Shown here: positions 58,205 to 64,000 of the stretch, piece by piece
Layout: each line of letters starts with the position of its first letter
Position numbering within the stretch: the stretch's first letter is position 1
From: Bradymonadia bacterium
GTDB lineage: Bacteria; Myxococcota_A; Bradymonadia; UBA7976; UBA1532
DNA length: 64,000 nt
Assembly: GCA_046290225.1 (NCBI GenBank)
Contig: JBKAGE010000037.1
Location: 64,001 to 128,000 of the forward strand
Reading direction: 5' to 3'
The notes under the pieces: model-generated
The model's input: the letters and a program-made list of their open reading frames with translations, nothing else
Database searches by the model: none
What the model was told of the DNA's origin: nothing
Translations under genes and position numbers: made by a program

Positions 58205-60526
58205 ATGATGTTGTTCACACGCCCCACCCTCGCCAAGGTGTTTGCCAAGGCACCTGCCAAGGTACTTGTCACAGCATTGGCGCTGAGCTGCGCCTCTGCA
58301 CCTGGGCAAGCCTCTGCAGAGGAAGACGAGCTCGACCTCGCCGCACTGCTGAACCTCAACGTGGTGGTCGCCGCCACAGGTAAAGCACAGTCGGTACGCG
58401 ACGCGCCGGCGATCATCTCCAGTATCAATGGTGATGAGATTCGCGCCGCCGGGTACCGCACCGTGGGCGAGGCTCTTCGCAACATCCCCGGGCTCTCGGT
58501 CATCGAAGATCACGTCAACACCAACGTCGGTGTGCGCGGGTTCTTCTCGAACAGCGACTCGGCAAACGACATCATCAAGGTGATGATCAACAGCCAGCCG
58601 GTGGCCTTCAGGCCCACGTCGAGCAACTACCTGGGCTTCGATCTGATCCCCATCGAGGCGGTGCAACGCATCGAGGTGATCCGTGGCCCCGCCTCAGCCC
58701 TCTATGGCGCCAACGCCTACCTCGGCGTGGTGAACGTGGTGACCAAGACCGGGGCCGACATCAGCAAGTCTGGCATCGGTGGTGAGGCGAAGGCCGAAGC
58801 CTTCATCGCCCAAAACGACGAAGAGACGACGTTCAACCAGAGCGGCAGCTTCGTCGTGGGCGGCACTCTGGGCAAAGCCAAGCTGATGCTCTCAGGTACG
58901 CTGCTCAGCGCAGATCGCTCTGGATTGGCGCTCCCTGATCCGCCCGCTTCCCCAGGCTGGGGCAACACCCGAGCCCAAGAGGCGTTCCGAGCAGCGGCGC
59001 CAAGCGAGAACGACACCGCGGTGGAGGCCTCGGTGTACGGTCTCGGCAGCCTTGAGCTCGACGGTGTGGGCACGCTCACCCTGGACACTCACTTCCAATA
59101 CCGGGACAAAGGCGGCGAGTTCCTCGGTGACACGGCCCTCACCCACGGGACCCGCATTGCTGAATCCAACCTCTTCGCCCGGCTGCAGTTCCAGTCGACC
59201 CGCCCCAAGAAGGGCGTGGGCTTCTACTGGGACGCCACGCTGAGCTACGCCCGGAGCGGCCCTCTCGAGGCCGATGTCATCATCGATGAGAGCAGCCCCG
59301 ACATCGATTTGGAGCGCAACTTCGGCGGTCAAGCCATCGGCGGCGTGCTCGAGCTCAACTATGGCTTCTCGGAAGACACGATCCTCACGGTGGGCTTCGA
59401 CATCGACCACGACATGGAAGATTTGCTCACCATCGAAGAGGTCGACGGCAACGGCGTGGTGAACGAGAAAGATGGCTACGGCGATCGAGACTTCACCAAC
59501 ATTGCCGGATACAGCCAGCTGATCCTGGGCCTCGCCGAGGGGCTCTCGCTCACCGCAGGCGCTCGCTTCGATCACAACAGCGCCATTGTCTGTAACAAGG
59601 ACGACGACTGGGACTGCTTCGGCAGCCAGACCACCGACGTGGCGGCGTCGACGAGCGGCAATGGTGAAGGCGAAGAGACTGACGGTGGCATGCTCCAGAT
59701 GTCGAGCAGGCTGGCGGTGGTCTACAACAACGAGGACTACGGCTTCTACACCAAGGTGGCCTATGGGTCGTCGTACAAGGCGCCGACGCCCTATCAGCTT
59801 TACCACGAGCGCGTGACCCGCAAGGGCACCATCGGTGAGCCCAGCCTCACGCCCCAGACCGCGGACACCTTCGAGGGTGTCGCGGGCTACGACATCACTG
59901 ATGACCTGACGATCACCCTTGGCGGGTTCCTGCTCGAGGCCAGCAACCTCGTGGTGTCGTTCCAGGGGGCCAACGTGGGCATCGAGAGTCGCAACGCAGA
60001 CGCGAGCTCCATGGGCATCGAGAGCGGGCTCACGTACAGCCCCGATCGCGATCTGGTGGTGAAGCTCAACGCCAGCTACCTGCTCAACGCCGAGATCGAG
60101 GCGAAGAAGCGCGCCGCGGAGACCGACACGAGCTTCGCCCTCAAACCCTTCGGTAAGGGTGCCGTGGATGCAGGCCGATACCCGGATCTCATGGCCAACC
60201 TGCACGTGGCTTACACGATGCCTACGGCGCACCTGCGCATCGGCGGCAACCTGAACTATGTCGGCGGCCGAAACGCCTCTTTGCTCAACAACATGGTGTT
60301 CAACGCCCGCGATCTCAACGACACATACACCCTTGATCCTTACATGCTCGCCCGGCTGAACCTCAGCACCACGGGGCTCTACCTCTTCACCGATGAGGCC
60401 GAGACCCAAATCAGCTTGATGTTCATGGGCACAGTGCTCGGAGACGAGGTCGGAGCGGGCTTCGGCGGCGTCGACGTACCTGGTTTGGGACCGCAAGTCT
60501 TCTTGAAGATCAACCAAGCCTTCTAA
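58205..60526 (+). CDS. TonB-dependent outer-membrane receptor
   Basis: Plug motifs DAPAIIS, EALRNIPG and RIEVIRGPASALYGANAYLGVVNVVTK; C-terminal Phe. Confidence 0.92.
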   Translation: MMLFTRPTLAKVFAKAPAKVLVTALALSCASAPGQASAEEDELDLAALLNLNVVVAATGKAQSVRDAPAIISSINGDEIRAAGYRTVGEALRNIPGLSVIEDHVNTNVGVRGFFSNSDSANDIIKVMINSQPVAFRPTSSNYLGFDLIPIEAVQRIEVIRGPASALYGANAYLGVVNVVTKTGADISKSGIGGEAKAEAFIAQNDEETTFNQSGSFVVGGTLGKAKLMLSGTLLSADRSGLALPDPPASPGWGNTRAQEAFRAAAPSENDTAVEASVYGLGSLELDGVGTLTLDTHFQYRDKGGEFLGDTALTHGTRIAESNLFARLQFQSTRPKKGVGFYWDATLSYARSGPLEADVIIDESSPDIDLERNFGGQAIGGVLELNYGFSEDTILTVGFDIDHDMEDLLTIEEVDGNGVVNEKDGYGDRDFTNIAGYSQLILGLAEGLSLTAGARFDHNSAIVCNKDDDWDCFGSQTTDVAASTSGNGEGEETDGGMLQMSSRLAVVYNNEDYGFYTKVAYGSSYKAPTPYQLYHERVTRKGTIGEPSLTPQTADTFEGVAGYDITDDLTITLGGFLLEASNLVVSFQGANVGIESRNADASSMGIESGLTYSPDRDLVVKLNASYLLNAEIEAKKRAAETDTSFALKPFGKGAVDAGRYPDLMANLHVAYTMPTAHLRIGGNLNYVGGRNASLLNNMVFNARDLNDTYTLDPYMLARLNLSTTGLYLFTDEAETQISLMFMGTVLGDEVGAGFGGVDVPGLGPQVFLKINQAF

Positions 60527-60602
60527 GGCAGACCCGCCTCCTCAACTCATCTCTTCAATCACTCGAATCTATAGATAGCTCCACTTGCTCTGAGGCGTTC
60601 TC

Positions 60603-62993
60603 ATGACTGCTGTCAAAACTAGTCTGAAGTCCAAGCTGATCCGTAGCACCACTGTCACCCTGACTGTGGTGGGCTTACTGACTCTGGTCTCGGTGGCATG
60701 GCTGCAGTATCGCGGCGCCGAGTCTCACCAGAAAGATGTCGAGTCCTACATCAAGGAAGGCATCGACAAGAAGGGGCAGGTGCTCGCCAGCAACCACGCG
60801 CTGGCGCTGCAGGGTCTCTTCGAGGACAACGCCTTCTCCGCGGTTCAAGAGCTCATCTCGAAAACAGTGGGCGATGATGCCGATCTCGCCTATGGCCTGG
60901 TGCTCGACGAGAACATGAAGCCGTGGATCTTCGCCGAGAACCAGTCAGGCAAGCTGATCAAGGCCGACAAGGCCAAGGCCGGTAAAGCCCTCGGCACGCT
61001 CGGTATCTCCGAAGAGATGCTCGAGGCAGAAAAGGGCGTCACCGCCCGCAAGGTCATGTTCAACGGAGAAGAGATCTACGAGTTCTCGGCCCACATCATC
61101 GTCGATGAGGAAGATCTCGGCTCGCTCCGATATGGCTTGTCCACCCGACGCATGCAGCAGGCTGTGGCTTCGGCAGCAGAGGCGTCGCAGTCGGCGCTGA
61201 TTCAGGCCCTGGCGATCTTGTCGGGCATCTGCTTGCTGGGGATCATCGGTGGGGTGCTCAACACCCGACGCACGGCACAGAACATCACTGGCCCGCTCAA
61301 CGCCCTCACCGAAGCAGCCCACGCCATCGCCGAGGGTGATCGCAGCCGCTCGGTCCAGATCTCCAGCGGCGACGAGCTCGAGGTCCTCGGCGGCACGTTC
61401 AACCAGATGGTGGCCGATCTCAACGCCTCGTATGCCGAGCTCGAAGAGATGAATGCTGGCCTCGAGCAGATGGTGGAAGAGCGCACTCGGGACCTCAAGC
61501 AGAAGACCGACGATGTGGTGGCCATGCTGCAGAACATTCAGCAGGGCCTCTTCACGGTGCTGCCGGGCATGGAGATTCACCCGGAGTATTCAGCCCACCT
61601 CGAGAGCATCCTTGGTACAGCTCAGATCGCAGGCCGCTCGCTGCACGATGTGTTGTTCATCGCCACCGATTTGGGCTCCGACGCCATCAACAGCGCCGAG
61701 GTGGCCCTGGGCTGCACCCTCGGTGAAGACGCCATGATGTTCGAGTGGAACAACCACTTGCTGCCCACGGTCTTCCACTATGAGACGTCCGATGGTCGCG
61801 ACTTGATCCTCGAGGCAGACTGGAACCCCATTGTGGAAGAGGACGATACCCTCAGCCGCCTGATGGTGTCTCTCCGCGACGTGACCGAAATTCGTCGCTT
61901 GCAGGCGGAAGGCGCAGCCCAAGAGCGCCAGTTGGCCATCGTGGGTCAGCTGCTGGCCATGAAGCCCGGTGAGTTCGAGCGCTTCTACGACAACAGCTCT
62001 GCCTTCATCGCCCGTAACCGCGAGCTGGTGGCCGTGAACGAGCGCCCTGGTGACGAGGTGATCACCGAGCTGTTCCGCAACATGCACACGGTGAAGGGCA
62101 ACGCCCGCTTCATGGGTCTGAAGTTCCTCAACGATCTCGTCCACGAGGCTGAGGAAGACTACGATCGCTTCCGTCAGGATGCCGAGGCGGAGTGGTCCTC
62201 CGAAGCGCTCATCACCCGCCTCGACGGTGTGCAGAAGGCCCTCGACGAGTACCGCGATGTACAAAATGAGAAGCTCGGCGGTCGCAGCGCATCTTCTGAT
62301 GGTGGCGCGATCCAGAGCGCTCTCGAGGGGCTGCTTGAGCAGGTGCGTTCGGGGGCCGAGTTCTCGAACGAGGCGCTGATTTCGCGTCTCGAGGCTGTGG
62401 GCCGCGCCGGTGAGGTGGAGACCCTCGGCTCGATTCTGGAGAACACGGTGGAGGGCCTCGCGGAGATCGCCGAGGCCTTGAACAAGCCCACCCCGGAGGT
62501 GGTGATCGAGCCTGCGGACATCGAGGTGCCCGCAGAGCTGGCCCCCACCTTGAGAGATGTCTTCAACCACATGCTCCGCAACGCTGTGGATCATGGCATC
62601 GAGAAGCCCGATGATCGCACCCACGCAGGCAAGGATCCTCAAGGGCGCATCACCTTGCAGGTGGACGCGAGCGAAGGCGAGCTGGTGGTGGAGATCTTCG
62701 ACGACGGTCGGGGGCTCAACCTGATGGCCCTCGGCGCTGCTCACGAGGCGCTGCACACCGCCGCCGGCAAAGAAGCCCCTGCACACCCCGCGGACGAAGA
62801 GCTCGCCCGGGTGATCTTCGCCTCTGGGGTGTCGACGGCAAAGACGGTGACCGATATTTCTGGTCGTGGCGTAGGCATGGAGGCGGTGAAGGCCTTCCTG
62901 CAATCGAAGGGTGGAGATGTGGAAGTGCGCTTCCGCGGCCCTCGTCAGGGTGCTTACCGCCCCTTCGCCCTGGTGATGCGCCACCCGATCTGA
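60603..62993 (+). CDS. Membrane-bound CheA-like kinase (2TM-HAMP-PAS-like-Hpt-HATPase, no CheW domain)
   Basis: LFRNMHTVKGNA (Hpt), HMLRNAVDHGIE, DDGRGL, GVSTAKTVTDISGRGVGM; the protein ends right after the ATPase domain. Confidence 0.88.
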   Translation: MTAVKTSLKSKLIRSTTVTLTVVGLLTLVSVAWLQYRGAESHQKDVESYIKEGIDKKGQVLASNHALALQGLFEDNAFSAVQELISKTVGDDADLAYGLVLDENMKPWIFAENQSGKLIKADKAKAGKALGTLGISEEMLEAEKGVTARKVMFNGEEIYEFSAHIIVDEEDLGSLRYGLSTRRMQQAVASAAEASQSALIQALAILSGICLLGIIGGVLNTRRTAQNITGPLNALTEAAHAIAEGDRSRSVQISSGDELEVLGGTFNQMVADLNASYAELEEMNAGLEQMVEERTRDLKQKTDDVVAMLQNIQQGLFTVLPGMEIHPEYSAHLESILGTAQIAGRSLHDVLFIATDLGSDAINSAEVALGCTLGEDAMMFEWNNHLLPTVFHYETSDGRDLILEADWNPIVEEDDTLSRLMVSLRDVTEIRRLQAEGAAQERQLAIVGQLLAMKPGEFERFYDNSSAFIARNRELVAVNERPGDEVITELFRNMHTVKGNARFMGLKFLNDLVHEAEEDYDRFRQDAEAEWSSEALITRLDGVQKALDEYRDVQNEKLGGRSASSDGGAIQSALEGLLEQVRSGAEFSNEALISRLEAVGRAGEVETLGSILENTVEGLAEIAEALNKPTPEVVIEPADIEVPAELAPTLRDVFNHMLRNAVDHGIEKPDDRTHAGKDPQGRITLQVDASEGELVVEIFDDGRGLNLMALGAAHEALHTAAGKEAPAHPADEELARVIFASGVSTAKTVTDISGRGVGMEAVKAFLQSKGGDVEVRFRGPRQGAYRPFALVMRHPI

Positions 62994-63006
62994 GCGGCCC
63001 CTGCCA

Positions 63007-63852
63007 TCACTCTTTCGCCACGGCAGCTTGCCTCACTCCATAATCCGCATCACATCGCAGCTGATGGACCAGGGCGTCGTCGAGATACTTCCGCTCGAGC
63101 ACGGCCTTGCGCACCCTGACGTCCTCGTCACGGGCCAGACGGCTCAAGACCCCACGGGGCAGGTTGGGGTTTCGGGCCACGATGCATCTCAACTCTACGT
63201 GCCTGGACTCCGAGAGCGCGTCGAGGAGATGTCCGGGGGCGTTGGCATTGCCTGCCACCTGACGTTCGAGGCCATAGGCGTTCACCAGGTGCTCGAGCAG
63301 CCACTGCTCCGATCGCCGCTCGGCGAAGATCCGCCGCTCATGGGTGCTGACGAAGTTGAGCATGTGCCGCCACACGAAGGGTGAGAGATCGATCTCGCGA
63401 AACCAGCTCTGATGGTAGAGGTGCATGCTGGCCATGCCATTGACCTTGCGATTCTGCATCCACGTGGACAACTTCACGTTCTGAAGACACAGCAAGATGA
63501 CGTGCAGCTCGGTGAGCCTGGCGTCGGCGTCGCGGACATCAGGCCAGCCCATCTGCTCAGCGACAGCATCCACGTGCTTTGCCAGACCGAGCAGACACCC
63601 ATAGGTCATCGGAAACGGCCACTGCGGCTCGGCGAGCTTGAAGAACTTCAAGGCGGGGTTGGCCGCCACCCCCTCGGCCTGCTCGGGCAACAACGCCACG
63701 AGCAGGCCCCATGGAGCGTTGGGGTGCCGGGCGATGAGATCTCTGACCTTCCGGGCGCCGCGCCGATCAGTGTTGATGCTGCGGTTGATCTCCCGCAGTC
63801 GCGCTCCGGTGGTCTCCACATTTCGAAGCTCTTCTTCGAATGGCAATGCCAT
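63007..63852 (-). CDS. Leucine-rich-repeat-variant (LRV/HEAT-like) protein
   Basis: Repeats IARHPNAP, VAANPAL, VAGNANAP, VARNPNLP..VLSRLARDED. Confidence 0.75.
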   Translation of the reverse strand: MALPFEEELRNVETTGARLREINRSINTDRRGARKVRDLIARHPNAPWGLLVALLPEQAEGVAANPALKFFKLAEPQWPFPMTYGCLLGLAKHVDAVAEQMGWPDVRDADARLTELHVILLCLQNVKLSTWMQNRKVNGMASMHLYHQSWFREIDLSPFVWRHMLNFVSTHERRIFAERRSEQWLLEHLVNAYGLERQVAGNANAPGHLLDALSESRHVELRCIVARNPNLPRGVLSRLARDEDVRVRKAVLERKYLDDALVHQLRCDADYGVRQAAVAKE

Positions 63853-64000
63853 CAGCCGTGCTCCACATTGCGCAGCAGCCTGATCAGGCGGCGGGTCTCA
63901 CCGCGGATCGGCTGGGTGTACGCCCGCATCATGGCCTGACGTTCCGGGCTCAGCGTGGGATCGGCAAGCACGTCGAGGTTGGCGTTGAGCTGCTTTACGA
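63852..64000 (-). CDS. 3' end of an unidentified CDS (partial)
   Basis: Frame ...VKQLNANLDVLADPTLSPERQAMMRAYTQPIRGETRRLIRLLRNVEHG*, with TGATG overlap onto the LRV gene start. Confidence 0.6.
   Translation of the reverse strand, partial: VKQLNANLDVLADPTLSPERQAMMRAYTQPIRGETRRLIRLLRNVEHG

Overview
GC-rich bacterial chromosomal segment whose gene content points to a myxobacterium or relative (Myxococcota/Bradymonadia; an inference from the Cys/Asp-rich lipoproteins, PEGA/TPR protein, DUF1552 and a sigma54 site). Most of the window is ordinary: endA-like nuclease, tatD, aat, two RimJ-like GNATs, an orphan DNA methyltransferase, nth, bioB-bioA, hflKC, recN, an Slt-type transglycosylase, transporters and signalling genes. 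The outstanding feature is on the minus strand at ~13270-15394 and is not visible in the ORF track. It is an array of 10 tRNA genes, all long-variable-arm (class II) species: 4 Ser (GGA, CGA, GCU, UGA), 3 Leu (CAG, GAG, CAA) and 3 Tyr (GUA). Upstream lie a near-consensus sigma70 promoter, a 35-codon leader peptide with 20 Ser/Leu/Tyr codons that together use every anticodon type in the array, and mutually exclusive antiterminator/terminator hairpins. This looks like a ribosome-mediated attenuator that switches on a backup set of class II tRNAs when Ser/Leu/Tyr decoding fails. The tRNAs have atypical anticodon loops and D arms. Also found: three copies of a ~170-195 nt hairpin repeat with covarying G.U-rich arms, an Amt-MCP fusion, four diverged paralogous surface lipoproteins, and a TonB-receptor/binding-protein/membrane CheA-like cassette. 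All calls and folds were made by eye; no database search or folding program was run.
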